Shown here: in pieces, positions 1-11,421 of the stretch
Numbering within the stretch: the first letter of the stretch is position 1
Layout of the letters: each line of letters opens with the position of its first letter
Origin: Myxococcota bacterium
GTDB lineage: Bacteria; Myxococcota_A; UBA796; SXON01
Direction of reading: 5' to 3'
NCBI GenBank assembly: GCA_040386535.1
Contig: JAZKFH010000027.1
Coordinates: 76,314-140,313, forward strand
Length of the DNA stretch: 64,000 bases
Notes under the pieces: model-generated
Seen by the model: the letters and a program-made list of their open reading frames with translations, nothing else
Databases searched by the model: none
What the model was told of the DNA's origin: nothing
Position numbers and translations under genes: made by a program

Positions 1-252
1 CACCGCCACGATCCGCGCGCCGCCGAACAGCGCCATCCACAGCCCCATCCAGATGGGCACGAGCTGGGGGTTCGGCACCACGGTGCCGACGTTCTCGGCG
101 AACCACCGTGCATCCAGGAGGCCCCACGCGCGCATGGCCTCGAGCGCGAGGGCGTAGGTGTGGGCCACATCCGGGGAGTCGACGCCGACGGGGTGCGCGG
201 CCATCCACATCGCGTGGGCGCACGACAGGAGCGCGGCGAGCCCGACGATCAC
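1..252 (-). CDS. Partial polytopic membrane protein, possibly a GT-C/PMT-type glycosyltransferase N-terminus; runs off the window edge
   Basis: Manual translation from GTG 252: VIVGLAALLSCAHAMWMAAHPVGVDSPDVAHTY...NPQLVPIWMGLWMALFGG. A TM helix is followed by an acidic loop; the gene lies downstream of a Wzm-type permease. Confidence 0.45.
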   Translation of the reverse strand, partial: MIVGLAALLSCAHAMWMAAHPVGVDSPDVAHTYALALEAMRAWGLLDARWFAENVGTVVPNPQLVPIWMGLWMALFGGARIVAV

Positions 253-260
253 GCGCTCTC

Positions 261-317
261 GGGGGTCCAGGGGGCCCCGGCCCCCTGGCGGGGCGTTGCG
301 GGGCAGAGCCCCGCCCC
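261..317. repeat. REP-like double-hairpin palindromic element
   Basis: CCAGGGGGCC-CC-GGCCCCCTGG plus GCGGGGC-AGA-GCCCCGC in an intergenic gap; a related sequence occurs inverted at about 4630-4690. Confidence 0.55.
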
Positions 318-337
318 AAGAAGCGCCCATCGAAGCT

Positions 338-1171
338 CTAGACGAGGTCGGCGAACTGCCGCCGATTGTGCGCGAACACGCTCGCCCCGATGAGCAACGC
401 CGCCACCGCGGAGAGGCCCGCCCACAACATCGAGTTGAAGTAGGGGATGTGGTGGTTCAGCAACAAGCCCTGGAAGATCCCGACGAACTGCGCCATGGGG
501 TTGGGGTAGAGCAGGAGCACGAACTCGCGCGGGTAGGCGGACGCCGGGTAGAACACGGGCGTCACGAACATGCCGATGCGGAGGCCGGCCTCGACCCAGT
601 GGCTCATGTCGCGAAAGTACACGTTCAGGGTGGCGAGCAGCAGCCCGATGCCGAGCGTGAAGCATGCCTGCAACACGATGAACGGCGCGAGGAGCAGCAC
701 GTGCCAGGAGATGCCCTCGCCGAGGAGGACCATGCCGAAGAGCAGGATCAACAGGCGGAAGAGCTGGGCGACCACGGAGGAGACGACCACGTGGGCCGGC
801 AGCACGATCGACGGGAAGTTGATCTTGCGCAACAGGTGCGCGTGCGTGCGGATCGAGGTCGTGGCGCGGGTGATGCCGTCGGCGAAACCGCTCCACGCGA
901 GCATGCCGCAGAACAGGAACAGGACGTAGTGGGTCGTGTTCCCGGTCGGGTGGAACTTGATGCCGATGAGCCCGTGAAAGACGAACGTGAACGTCACGAG
1001 CTCGAAGATCGGGTTCACCACGGTCCAGAAGAAGCCGATCGAGCTGCCGACGTAACGCGCGCGCAGATCGTTCACGACGAACGCCCACAACAGGCCACGC
1101 GCCCGCCACAGCTCGACGAGCTCGGAGCGCACGCTCGCGGCCGGTGGCGCGGCCGCGTGGCTCACGCGCAC
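338..1171 (-). CDS. ABC-2 polysaccharide export permease (Wzm/RfbA-like)
   Basis: DLRARYVGSSIGFFWTVVNP, LLRKINFP, LNVYFRD and TPVFYP motifs; about 6 TM helices. Start moved to GTG 1171, downstream of the upstream gene's stop. Confidence 0.9.
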   Translation of the reverse strand: MRVSHAAAPPAASVRSELVELWRARGLLWAFVVNDLRARYVGSSIGFFWTVVNPIFELVTFTFVFHGLIGIKFHPTGNTTHYVLFLFCGMLAWSGFADGITRATTSIRTHAHLLRKINFPSIVLPAHVVVSSVVAQLFRLLILLFGMVLLGEGISWHVLLLAPFIVLQACFTLGIGLLLATLNVYFRDMSHWVEAGLRIGMFVTPVFYPASAYPREFVLLLYPNPMAQFVGIFQGLLLNHHIPYFNSMLWAGLSAVAALLIGASVFAHNRRQFADLV

Positions 1172-1181
1172 CGGCGTGGCG

Positions 1182-2627
1182 TCAGTTGGCGCGCGAGTCG
1201 GCTGCACCAAAATACACGCTCGCGCCGATGCCGACGTAGGTGACGGAGGACGAGAGGACGCCGTTGCCGACGACCTTGCCGGGCACCACCGCGCTCTCGG
1301 AGGGGTCAGCGATCGAGGTCCAGAGGGCCTGCTGGGCGGCCGCGGAGTCGGTGATGGTGCGGGAGCCCATGAACTGCTGGGCGAACGCCACGTCGATGGC
1401 GACGCGCTTGGCGATGGTGAACGTGCCGCCCGCGCCGATGCCCACCTTGCTGCTGTCGGGCAGGTTCACGCCGAGCGTCGCGTCGGGGATGGCGCCGGTC
1501 TCGTAGTGGCCGCCGAGCCGCACCTGGGCCCACTCGTTGATCTGCCAGTCGCCGCCGAGGCGCACGGAGAAGGCGTCCTGAAAGCCGGTCTTGAAGACGA
1601 TGTCCTCGGCCACCACGATGTCCTCGGTGAGGAACGGGGCGTCCTCCGCGTGGGGCACCACCATGTCCATGTCAGTGATGAGGAACTCGCTCATGGTCGA
1701 CCACTGGTGGAACACGCCGTCGAGCTCGATGCGCACGGAGTCGATGGGGATGACCTGCACGCCCGCGCGCAGCACGAGCGGCACGGTGACCTTCAGGGTG
1801 GTGTCCTGGTCGCTGAACTCCAGGCCGTCGATCTGGCTCGCCAGCGTGAAGTCCTCGCTGAAGCCCGCGGTGAGCGAGCCCGGCGCCGAGTAGGAGATGG
1901 GCGGCTGGATGGAGGCGCCGATCTGGAGCTGCTTGATCGGCGTGAGGATGAAGCCGGCGTTCCAGGAGAGCTCGAACGGATCCCAGTTCTTGACGGCGAG
2001 ATCGAGGTCGTTCTTCGGGTCCTCGAGGTTCTTCTTGGGGTCGGAGCAGTCCTCCGGATCCGGCAGCAGGCAGATCGTGGCGGCCAGGCGCTCCTCGACG
2101 CGGAGGAACGTGTACTGGAGGCCCGCGCCGATCGTGAGCCAGGGCGTGATCTTCTGCGCGACGCTGGGGCCGGCGTACGCCTGCCAGATCAGCGAGTCCT
2201 GCAGCTGGTAGCGCTGCGCGCCGTCCTCCGGGTAGGCGAGGTACGGCGCGGTCGGGACGTAGAGACCCACCGCGAACGTGGTGTTCTTCAGGATGGGGTG
2301 GATGCCGCCGAGGGGCGCCGCGAACCCGATCTGGGGCTCGAGGATGGGCGGCGACTCGTTCTTCACGGCGTCGAACGTGAGCCCGTTGTCGGGCTCGTCG
2401 GCGCGGTCGAAGTTGACGACCTGGTTCGCGGCCCAGCCCTGGATGTTGAGCATCGGCCGCTTGATGTTGTGCAATGCCGCGGGGTTGTAGTACTGCGCCG
2501 ACAGGTCGTCCGCGCCCACCACGTAGGCGCCGCCGCGGCCCATCGCCCGCACACCCGAGTCGATGTAGTAGTAGCCGGACGCGAACGCGGGGTTCGAAGC
2601 AACGACAGTGGCGAGCAGCCAGAGCAT
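1182..2627 (-). CDS. OmpP1/FadL-family outer-membrane transporter
   Basis: Signal peptide, then AMGRGGAYVVGADDLSAQYYNPAAL hatch motif; C-terminal beta-strands. Confidence 0.88.
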   Translation of the reverse strand: MLWLLATVVASNPAFASGYYYIDSGVRAMGRGGAYVVGADDLSAQYYNPAALHNIKRPMLNIQGWAANQVVNFDRADEPDNGLTFDAVKNESPPILEPQIGFAAPLGGIHPILKNTTFAVGLYVPTAPYLAYPEDGAQRYQLQDSLIWQAYAGPSVAQKITPWLTIGAGLQYTFLRVEERLAATICLLPDPEDCSDPKKNLEDPKNDLDLAVKNWDPFELSWNAGFILTPIKQLQIGASIQPPISYSAPGSLTAGFSEDFTLASQIDGLEFSDQDTTLKVTVPLVLRAGVQVIPIDSVRIELDGVFHQWSTMSEFLITDMDMVVPHAEDAPFLTEDIVVAEDIVFKTGFQDAFSVRLGGDWQINEWAQVRLGGHYETGAIPDATLGVNLPDSSKVGIGAGGTFTIAKRVAIDVAFAQQFMGSRTITDSAAAQQALWTSIADPSESAVVPGKVVGNGVLSSSVTYVGIGASVYFGAADSRAN

Positions 2628-2681
2628 CGGGAAGGACCTTCGGGTGACGCCGCTTTCATACCATGCCTGCCGACCGAGGGA

Positions 2682-3416
2682 TCAGTCCCCGGCCGCCTGG
2701 CCCGCGTCCTCCACCCAGCCCGCGTCGTCGGGCGTAAAATCCGTCGCGACGCCGCTCAGCGTGTACCGGTAGGCGCACGCGTCCGACGCGGTCAACGTGC
2801 AGCCCGCCTCGCCGCAGTCGTACTCGAGCTTGGTGTTGGCGGCGGCGGCCTCGGTCCCGCCGGTGTCGATGCGCAGGAGGTAGTCGGCGGCCGGGAGGTT
2901 GCCGGTGTTGCCGATGATGGTCGCGGCCTCCTCGGTCCAGGTGTCGGACTCGGCCCAGGCGTCGATGCCGCTGGTCTCCGACTCGAACGAGCCGGTGAAC
3001 ACGCCCTTCGCGAAGGTGCCCTGCACCCGCAACGTCGTGGTGGACTCGTGCGAGTGGTCGTAGGTGTAGCCGCTGACGTGGTCCAGGCTCTCGTCTCCAG
3101 CGGAGGAGCCGGTCCAGTAGAACAGCCAGCTGTCGTCGTCCTGGAGGGTGCCGGGCAAGGCGTCGGTGCCGATGATCAGCACGGCGCCGGTGCCGGTCTC
3201 CTCAATGCGCCCGAACAACACCTCGGCGCTCTGATCGCCGGAGTCGGCCTCGGTCCACGACGGATCGTCGCCCGCCTCGATCGGCTCGTAGGCGCCGACG
3301 AAGTTGTGGATCACGTCGTCCGTGCACTCGTCCCCGGTGGCGATCGTCACGTCCTTCGTGAACAGCCACGTGCCGTCGATCGGGGGCGCGCAGGCGACCA
3401 GGAGGGCGAACAACAT
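2682..3416 (-). CDS. Hypothetical lipoprotein (acidic, beta-rich)
   Basis: MLFALLVAC lipobox, GGAG RBS and typical codon usage. Confidence 0.7.
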   Translation of the reverse strand: MLFALLVACAPPIDGTWLFTKDVTIATGDECTDDVIHNFVGAYEPIEAGDDPSWTEADSGDQSAEVLFGRIEETGTGAVLIIGTDALPGTLQDDDSWLFYWTGSSAGDESLDHVSGYTYDHSHESTTTLRVQGTFAKGVFTGSFESETSGIDAWAESDTWTEEAATIIGNTGNLPAADYLLRIDTGGTEAAAANTKLEYDCGEAGCTLTASDACAYRYTLSGVATDFTPDDAGWVEDAGQAAGD

Positions 3417-3542
3417 GGGAATCTCCGGCAACGGGGCGTCCTAACGGCGTGGTCGCGGAAGAGCGAGGCGGCGCCGGGGTCGTGGAGCCGGGGTCGTGGG
3501 CGGCGGCCATTTTCTGGCACGCCACCGCGATAGGCTGCGGGA

Positions 3543-4616
3543 ATGGCGACGCCGACCTACTGGGACTACCTCCAACTCGACAAGCTCCTCGACCAGCAGG
3601 GGGGCCTGGGTGACGCGGTCTCGCCCGACGAGCTGCACTTCATCATCGTGCACCAGGCGTACGAGCTCTGGTTCAAGCTGATCCTCTCGCAGCTCCGGCT
3701 CGCGCGCGACCACCTCGCCGCGCCGCACCTGCCCGAGGAGCAGGTGCCCTTCGTCGTGCACCACCTGGGCCGCGTGAACGAGATCCTCAAGCTCTGCGTC
3801 GACCAGTTCCGCGTGATGGAGACCCTCCCGCCGCAGGACTTCCTCGATTTCCGCGAGAAGCTCACGCCGTCGAGCGGCTTTCAGAGCTTCCAGATGCGCG
3901 AGATGGAGATGATCCTCGGGCTCGCCGAGGTGCAGCGCTCCCCGTACGGCAACGTGCACGCCCTCGCGCACATCCGCTCCTTCGGCGAGGCCACGCCCGC
4001 CGCGATGCTCGCGCGCTCCCGCATCGAGGCGGCCTCCCAGGAGACCACCCTGCGCGACGCGCTAATCCGTTGGCTCGCGCGCACGCCCATCCAGGGCTCC
4101 AAGCCGGGCGACGAGGGGGACGACGCCGCGGTCGACGCGTTCGTCGAGGCCTACCTCGGCCAGGCCGAATCGCACGCGCGCGCCGGTATCGACGCGCTGG
4201 CCGCCGTGCTCGGCGAGGAGGAGCGCCCGCGCATCACCGAGCGGGTCGAGTCGGGTCTGAAGGGCTCGCGCGACTTCCTGCTCCCCGAGGACCGCGGCGC
4301 CCGCCGCGCCCGCGCCGCCCTGCTCTTCATCGAGTCCTACCGCGAGCTCCCGCTGCTCGCGTGGCCGCGGCTCCTGCTCGACACGGTCGTCGAGCTCGAA
4401 GAGCAGCTCCTCCTCTGGCGCAACCGCCACGCCCGCATGGTCGAGCGCACCATCGGCCGCCGCGTCGGCACCGGCGGCTCCTCCGGGGTCGACTACCTCG
4501 ACAAGACCACGCAGCAGCGCATCTTCCCGGAGCTCTGGGCCGTGCGGACCGCGCTCCTGCCGCGCAACCAGCTCCCGCCGCTCGTGGCGCCGGAGCGGTA
4601 CGGGTTCGCTGGTTAG
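3543..4616 (+). CDS. kynA: Tryptophan 2,3-dioxygenase (long form)
   Basis: TYWDYLQLDKLL, DELHFIIVHQAYELWFK, SGFQSFQ and IGRRVGTGGSSGVDYL motifs. Confidence 0.95.
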   Translation: MATPTYWDYLQLDKLLDQQGGLGDAVSPDELHFIIVHQAYELWFKLILSQLRLARDHLAAPHLPEEQVPFVVHHLGRVNEILKLCVDQFRVMETLPPQDFLDFREKLTPSSGFQSFQMREMEMILGLAEVQRSPYGNVHALAHIRSFGEATPAAMLARSRIEAASQETTLRDALIRWLARTPIQGSKPGDEGDDAAVDAFVEAYLGQAESHARAGIDALAAVLGEEERPRITERVESGLKGSRDFLLPEDRGARRARAALLFIESYRELPLLAWPRLLLDTVVELEEQLLLWRNRHARMVERTIGRRVGTGGSSGVDYLDKTTQQRIFPELWAVRTALLPRNQLPPLVAPERYGFAG

Positions 4617-4685
4617 ATCCGGGTTTTCCTGGGACAGGGGGGCGCCGCCCCCCCGTAACGCCCCCCGGAGCCCGCGCGGTGGGGC

Positions 4686-5480
4686 TCACCAGCGCCGCTC
4701 CACCCTCCCCAGGACCTGCAGCGTCGGCTCCTGGACGAACACCACCAACGGCACGGCGAGCCCCACGTCGCCCTCCCAACCATGTCCGAAGTCGTGACGC
4801 GCGAGCGCGCGGATGTGGAGCGGGCTGGGGCCGGAGAGCAGCTCGACTTCGGCGACGATGTCCCAGCGCGGTGCGACCGGCTGGATCGTGGCGAGGCTCG
4901 TGACCGCGTCGATCATGCCGCTCAAGCCAGAGTAGCCCCACCCCTCGCCGGTGCGGATGCCGACGTGGGTGTGCCATGCCCAGCGCTCGGTCGCGCCGGT
5001 GTAGGCGAGGGCGATGCCCCACATCGGGACCGTTGCCTGCGGCACGGTGCCCCACCACGCGAGCTCGCCGTGCGGTCCCTCGCGGAAGCCGGTGGGGAGG
5101 GCGCCGCGGATGCCGAACGCGTGCGTGGCGGCGCGGCCGAACAGGCCCCGCACGTCGACCACCGTGTTGCCGAGCCCGATGCCGCTCCAGCGGTCGCTCA
5201 CCGCCGCGGTGCCGGCCACCTCGATGGCGAGCCCGAAGGATTGCGAGGCGTACATCCCGCGCAGCGTGAGCTCGCCGATCGTGGCGCCGTCGAAGTCCTG
5301 GACGAAGGCGACGCGCGTGGACGCGGAGGTGTCGGCGGCGGGGACCGCCGTGCGGAAGCCGGTCGTGCCGTAGCGGGGCGCGGGGCCGGTGAAGCGGCCG
5401 CGGCCAGGGCGGGGGTCGGGGAGGGGGAGCGCGGCGGGCTCGTCCTGACCCCAAGCGAGGGCGAGGATCGCGAGGATCAC
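4686..5480 (-). CDS. Hypothetical exported protein, putative outer-membrane beta-barrel (cassette gene B, copy 2)
   Basis: GTG start overlaps the upstream TGA; signal peptide; alternating beta-strands; ends VERRW; paralog of 6415-7248. Confidence 0.7.
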   Translation of the reverse strand: MILAILALAWGQDEPAALPLPDPRPGRGRFTGPAPRYGTTGFRTAVPAADTSASTRVAFVQDFDGATIGELTLRGMYASQSFGLAIEVAGTAAVSDRWSGIGLGNTVVDVRGLFGRAATHAFGIRGALPTGFREGPHGELAWWGTVPQATVPMWGIALAYTGATERWAWHTHVGIRTGEGWGYSGLSGMIDAVTSLATIQPVAPRWDIVAEVELLSGPSPLHIRALARHDFGHGWEGDVGLAVPLVVFVQEPTLQVLGRVERRW

Positions 5481-6418
5481 CGGCCCCCCGAGTCGGCCGC
5501 GCCGGTCTCCACGGCGCCCGTGTCTTCCGCGGTGTCCCACGCGCCCGTGTCACCCGAGCCGCCGTTGCACCGCCCGAATGCGGTCTCCTCGAGGTCGGGC
5601 ACGAGCGCCGCGCATGCCGCGGCGTCCGCCGCCGGGGGGCCGTCTCCCTCTACCGTGTGGAATTGGACCGTCGGGAGCGCCGCGTGTCGGAAGGGGATCT
5701 CGTTGCCCGAGCCCTCGTCCCACGGGCCGATCTCCCAGGTGTAGTCGGTGTCGCCGCGGAGCCCGTCCCGCGCGCAGACGAACACGCGCGAAGAGGAGCC
5801 GGTCACGATGAGGGGGATGTCACTGCCGTGCTCGTCGGTCAGGCGCATGCCGCGCACGAAGGTGTCGGTGTCCCACGGGATGTAGAGCGACGAGAGCTGC
5901 GTCACGAGCGGATCGGTGGGATCCCAGACCATGCGTTCCCCACACGGCCACGACGCGTCCTGTCCGACGCCGTAGCTCGTCGCGACGAGCGCTCCCGCGA
6001 GCACCGGCAGGGCCGCGACCGCCGCCCACGTTCTCGGTGCGGCCCGCCTCCACGCCAGGACCGCCCCCAGGAGCGCGGGCAGCACGAGCAGATCAGCGGC
6101 ATCCGCGACGTGGTCGGCGCGGAACCACGCGCCCAGGGGCGCCCAGAGCTGGAGCGTGGTGTACGTGACCCCCGCGATCGCGAGCCCCAGCACGCGCGCG
6201 TAGCGCCCCGGCGCCCCGAGCCACGACGCGAGCGCGGCGACCAGCACCGGCGCCACCACGAGCCAGCCCGCGTCCGAGAGCTTGCCCGTGAGCCAGCCGG
6301 GGGCGTGCCCGCGCAGCACGAAGTCGTTCACGACGATCAGCGCGGCCGCGCCCAGGACGAGGGGATGCGCGGGGGCGGAGCGGACGTTGGTTGCCCGCCT
6401 CGGCTCGCGGGGCGTCAC
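5477..6418 (-). CDS. Hypothetical membrane protein with TGKLSD domain and Ig-like C-terminal domain (cassette gene A, copy 2)
   Basis: HPLVLGAAALIVVNDFVLRGHAPGWLTGKLSDAG and GLRGDTDYTW motifs; paralog of 7245-8174; GTGA overlap. Confidence 0.72.
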   Translation of the reverse strand: MTPREPRRATNVRSAPAHPLVLGAAALIVVNDFVLRGHAPGWLTGKLSDAGWLVVAPVLVAALASWLGAPGRYARVLGLAIAGVTYTTLQLWAPLGAWFRADHVADAADLLVLPALLGAVLAWRRAAPRTWAAVAALPVLAGALVATSYGVGQDASWPCGERMVWDPTDPLVTQLSSLYIPWDTDTFVRGMRLTDEHGSDIPLIVTGSSSRVFVCARDGLRGDTDYTWEIGPWDEGSGNEIPFRHAALPTVQFHTVEGDGPPAADAAACAALVPDLEETAFGRCNGGSGDTGAWDTAEDTGAVETGAADSGGR

Positions 6419-7244
6419 CACCGCCGCTCCACCCGCGCGAGGACCTGCAACGTCGGATCCACGAAGAAGACGGCGACGGGCACCGCGAGCCCGGCGTCGA
6501 CCTCCCAGCCGTGACCGAAGTCGTGACGCGCGAGCGCGCGGAGGTGGAGGGGGCTGAGGCTGTAGAGGGCCTCGACCTCGATCACCACGTTCCAATGGAG
6601 GGCGATCGGCTGGACGGTCGCGAAGCTGGCGCCGAGGTCGAAGAGCCCGTTGGTGTATCCGAAGTCCCAGCCCCCCACGTGAAGCCCCGCGTGCGCGTGC
6701 CAGGCGAACCGTTCCGTCACCCCGTCGTACGCGATCGCGACGCCCGAGGTCGGCACGGTCGCCTCGGGCACGGTGCCCCACCACGCAATCGCACCGTGCG
6801 GGTCACCGCGAATGCCGGTGGGGATCGAGCCGCGGAGGCCGAGCGCGTGGGTCGCCACCGGCCCGCCGAAGATGCCGCGCGCGTCCACGAACGTGTTTCC
6901 CAGGCCGGCGCCGCTCCACACGTCGCTGGCGGCGGCGGTGCCGGCCACCTCGACCGCGAGCCCGAAGTACCGCCACGCCAACCGGCCCCGGAGCGTGAGC
7001 TCGCCGATCGTGGCGCCGTCGAAGTCCTGGACGAGCGCGACGCGCGTCGAGACGCTCACGGGCCCCGCCGGGATGGCGGTGCGGAACGCGGTCGTGCCCA
7101 GGCGGGGGGCGCGCACACGGCCCGGTCGGACCGACGGTAACGGGAGCGTCTCGGTCGCCGACGGGTCCGTCGCGAGCGGATCGGCGACCGGGAGATCTTC
7201 CGCACGCGCGGTGCCGAGGAGCGCGAGCGTACACAGCCCCGCGA

Positions 7245-7248
<4 letters not shown>
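6415..7248 (-). CDS. Hypothetical exported protein, putative outer-membrane beta-barrel (cassette gene B, copy 1)
   Basis: C-terminal part of track ORF 6415..9210. GTG 7248 overlaps the upstream TGA; signal peptide ending TARA; QDFDGATIGELTLRG shared with copy 2; ends VERRW. Confidence 0.7.
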
Positions 7249-8174
<926 letters not shown>

Positions 8175-8225
8175 GGCGCGCAGGATAGCCGAGGTTCGCG
8201 CCGAGAACGCCCGACTCCGCGAACC

Positions 8226-8867
8226 TCAGTCCTTCTTGCCGCCCTGGATCATGTCGGACACGATCCCCGCGTCGCCGCGATGCTCCGCGACGAGGACCCC
8301 GAGCACGTGCCCGCCCGAGAAGATCACGAAGAACCACATCATCAGCTCGTGGACCTCCTTGATCGAGCCCACGAGATCCTTGCTCAGGGCCAAGGGTACC
8401 TTGAAGTACATCAGAAAGCCGGTCGTGATCATGAACACGACGCTCGCGTAGAACGCGGCGTAGCCGACGCGCACGAACGCGTAGTGGGCCGCGCGGCCCT
8501 TCCCGCCGGTCGGGGCCGTCGTCACCGCCTGGATCGCGCGCACGAACGAGCCCGACCGCGCCTTCGGCACGAAGATCCCCGTGAGGAGCCGCGCCACGAG
8601 CAGCCCCGCCAGCGTGAACCCGAAGATGTAGTGCCACTCCCACATGCGGTCGCGCAGCCCGACGGCGATCGCCTTGGCGAGCTCCGGCGTGACCGTGGTG
8701 CCGGCCTCCTGGAGCTCGGTCTGGATGAACGCGGAGTTCGTGCGCCAGCTCAGGAAGGTCTTTCGCAACAGGACGGTGCCGAGGAGGCCCACCATGGTCA
8801 GCGCGTTGAGCCAGTGCCATGCGCGGAGGGCCGTCGGCTGGTACTTCCGGAAGCTCGGGGTCTGCAT
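8226..8867 (-). CDS. Cytochrome b/b6-domain membrane protein (Ni/Fe-hydrogenase b-subunit-like)
   Basis: RAWHWLNA, WEWHYIFG, KEVHELM and GHVLGV His ligands; C-terminal IVSDMIQG. Confidence 0.85.
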   Translation of the reverse strand: MQTPSFRKYQPTALRAWHWLNALTMVGLLGTVLLRKTFLSWRTNSAFIQTELQEAGTTVTPELAKAIAVGLRDRMWEWHYIFGFTLAGLLVARLLTGIFVPKARSGSFVRAIQAVTTAPTGGKGRAAHYAFVRVGYAAFYASVVFMITTGFLMYFKVPLALSKDLVGSIKEVHELMMWFFVIFSGGHVLGVLVAEHRGDAGIVSDMIQGGKKD

Positions 8868-8947
8868 CGGCGCGGGGTAACGCGACGCTCGGCCGCGCGG
8901 CTCGACCTCGACGTTCGTTGACGCATCGCCCACGGCGTCGGCCCCCC

Positions 8948-9754
8948 TCATCGCAGCGGCGCCAACGGCCCCACCGCGGCCCGCACCGCCAGCACGTCTC
9001 GCAGGAGGGCCTCGAGGTCGGACAGGCGCACCATGTTGGGCCCGTCGGACAGGGCCTCCTCGGGGCGGTCGTGCACCTCGCAGAACAGGGCGTCGATCCC
9101 GACGGCTGCCGCAGCCCGCGCCAGGGGCGGTACCCATCGCCGATCGCCGCCCGTCGTGGCCCCGCCCGGCATCTGCACGGAGTGGGTCGCGTCGAAGCAC
9201 ACCGGCGCACCCAGCGCGCGCATCGTGGCGAGCGAGCGGAAGTCGACCACGAGGTTGTTGTAGCCGAAGGAGGCGCCGCGCTCGGTCAGCATCGCGAGGC
9301 CGGGCCGGAGCTTGCCCAGCACGTTCGCCATGTCGGCGGGCGCCACGAACTGGCCCTTCTTCACGTTGACGGGCTTGCCGGTGGCGGCGGCGGCCTCGAG
9401 GAGGTCGGTCTGGCGGCACAAGAACGCGGGCACCTGGAGCAGATCGACCACTTCCGCCGCGAGCGCGGCGTGCTCGGGCAGGTGGATGTCGGTGGTGAGG
9501 GGAACGCCCACGCGGGCCCCGATGCGGCCGAGCATCGCGAGCCCCTCGTGGATGCCCGGGCCGCGGAACGAGCCCGCGCTGGAGCGGTTCGCCTTGTCGA
9601 AGCTGGCCTTGAAGGCCCACGCCACGCCGAGGCGCGCGCACACCTCGGCGATGCCTTCGGCGATGCGGGCGGCGCCGTCCTCGTTCTCGAGCACGCACGG
9701 CCCGAGGAGGCAGACCAGGGGGCCCTGGCCGACGGGGTGGGGGCCGATGTGCAT
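8948..9754 (-). CDS. kdsA: KDO8P synthase
   Basis: [46 protein letters not shown] and ALSDG motifs. Confidence 0.96.
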   Translation of the reverse strand: MHIGPHPVGQGPLVCLLGPCVLENEDGAARIAEGIAEVCARLGVAWAFKASFDKANRSSAGSFRGPGIHEGLAMLGRIGARVGVPLTTDIHLPEHAALAAEVVDLLQVPAFLCRQTDLLEAAAATGKPVNVKKGQFVAPADMANVLGKLRPGLAMLTERGASFGYNNLVVDFRSLATMRALGAPVCFDATHSVQMPGGATTGGDRRWVPPLARAAAAVGIDALFCEVHDRPEEALSDGPNMVRLSDLEALLRDVLAVRAAVGPLAPLR

Positions 9755-9941
9755 GGGGACGTCCTCTTCGCGGGCAAGTGATACCCCAGATGGCGAGCAG
9801 GCGCCGATCGCACGCGAACGTGGCGCGAGCCGGACCGGCGGGAGCGCGGACCCGGCTGGAGGCGGTCGAATCTCGGGGGCGCGGAGGGGCGGCGGCTCCC
9901 CGCCTGCCGATGTATACGAGGGTCGGGAGAGAGCCTTCGAG

Positions 9942-11375
9942 ATGCAACGGGTGCATGCCGCCACGATGCGCTGGTCGCTTCGGCTGGTCGACACCGCGGT
10001 GATCGCCGCCACGTTCGTGATGACCGCGCTGCTGCGGGAGTCGATCCGGACGTTCTGGAAGATCGACATCATCCCCGGCCCCGCCGTCCTGCAGGCGGTC
10101 ACCCTCCAGAACCAGCTCCACCTCATCGTCCTCATCGTGCCGGTGTGGCTCCTCTCGCTCCACATCGGTGGCGCCTACGCCGATCTGCGCCGCACCCGCA
10201 GCGATCTGCTCTTCATCCGCCTCCTCCGCGCCGTCGGCATGGCGGTGTTGCTCCTCCTCGCGCTGCTGTTCATCGTGCAGCCCGCGTTGCCCCCGTCGCG
10301 TACCTTCCTCGTGTCGTTCGCGGCGATGAGCAGCGTGACCTTGTTCCTCGCGCGCCGCTGGATGTTGCGCCGGCCGGTCACGAGGGACGAAGTGTCGAAC
10401 ATCCTCGTGGTCGGCAGCATGCTCGAGGCCGAGCCCTTCCTGGAGACCCTCCGGCGCCACCCCGACTGGGGCGTGCGCGTGGCGGGCGTCATCCGCCCGG
10501 ACGACGAGGAGGTGACCAGCATCGGCGGCATCAAGGTCCTCGGCACCCTCTCCCAGCTCCCGTACGTGCTGGAGCGCGAGTCGATCGCCCAGGTGTTCAT
10601 GACCGGGCGGGCCTGGAGCACCGAGACGCTCCGCCGCGTGGCGGACGCGTGTGAGGAGCTCGGCATCACCTTCTCGATGGACGCGAACTTCCTCGGCCTC
10701 TCCGTCGCCCAGGCGGACGTGCAGGACTTCGAGGGCTGGAGCGTGCTGTCGTTCTCGTCCACCCCCACCAACGCCGACGCCCTGGTCATCAAGCGCGTGA
10801 TGGATCTGGTGGGCGCCGCCGCCGCGCTCGTGCTGCTCACCCCGGTGTTCCTCCTCACCGCCATCGCCATCAAGCTCGAAGACGGCGGGCCCGTGCTCTT
10901 CGCGCAGGAGCGGAGCGGGCTCTTCGGGCGCCGCTTCTCCATGTACAAGTTCCGCTCGATGGTGGTGGACGCGGAGGCCCGCAAGGCCGAGCTCGAGACG
11001 CTCAACGAGATGAGCGGGCCGGTGTTCAAGATGACGCGGGATCCGCGCATCACGCGGGTCGGCGCGTTCATCCGCAAGACGTCGATCGACGAGCTGCCGC
11101 AGTTCTGGAACGTGTTCCGGGGCGAGATGAGCCTGGTGGGCCCACGCCCCCCCATCCCGGCCGAGGTCACGCGGTACGAGCGCTGGCAGATGCGTCGCCT
11201 GTCGATGAAGCCCGGGCTCACGTGCATCTGGCAGGTGAGCGGTCGCAACCACGTCGACTTCGAGACGTGGATGAAGCTCGATCTCCAGTACATCGACAAC
11301 TGGAGCTTGTTCCTCGACGTGAAGCTCCTCGTACGCACGGTGCCGGCGGTGTTGCTGGGATCCGGCGCGAGGTAG
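9942..11375 (+). CDS. Polyprenyl-phosphate hexose-1-phosphate transferase (WcaJ/WbaP family)
   Basis: N-terminal TMs, Rossmann-like domain, then [28 protein letters not shown] and [10 protein letters not shown] motifs. Confidence 0.93.
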   Translation: MQRVHAATMRWSLRLVDTAVIAATFVMTALLRESIRTFWKIDIIPGPAVLQAVTLQNQLHLIVLIVPVWLLSLHIGGAYADLRRTRSDLLFIRLLRAVGMAVLLLLALLFIVQPALPPSRTFLVSFAAMSSVTLFLARRWMLRRPVTRDEVSNILVVGSMLEAEPFLETLRRHPDWGVRVAGVIRPDDEEVTSIGGIKVLGTLSQLPYVLERESIAQVFMTGRAWSTETLRRVADACEELGITFSMDANFLGLSVAQADVQDFEGWSVLSFSSTPTNADALVIKRVMDLVGAAAALVLLTPVFLLTAIAIKLEDGGPVLFAQERSGLFGRRFSMYKFRSMVVDAEARKAELETLNEMSGPVFKMTRDPRITRVGAFIRKTSIDELPQFWNVFRGEMSLVGPRPPIPAEVTRYERWQMRRLSMKPGLTCIWQVSGRNHVDFETWMKLDLQYIDNWSLFLDVKLLVRTVPAVLLGSGAR

Positions 11376-11421
11376 GGGAAAGCGCTCCCCGCGGGCGCCC
11401 GCGGCACGGTAGATTTGCCGG

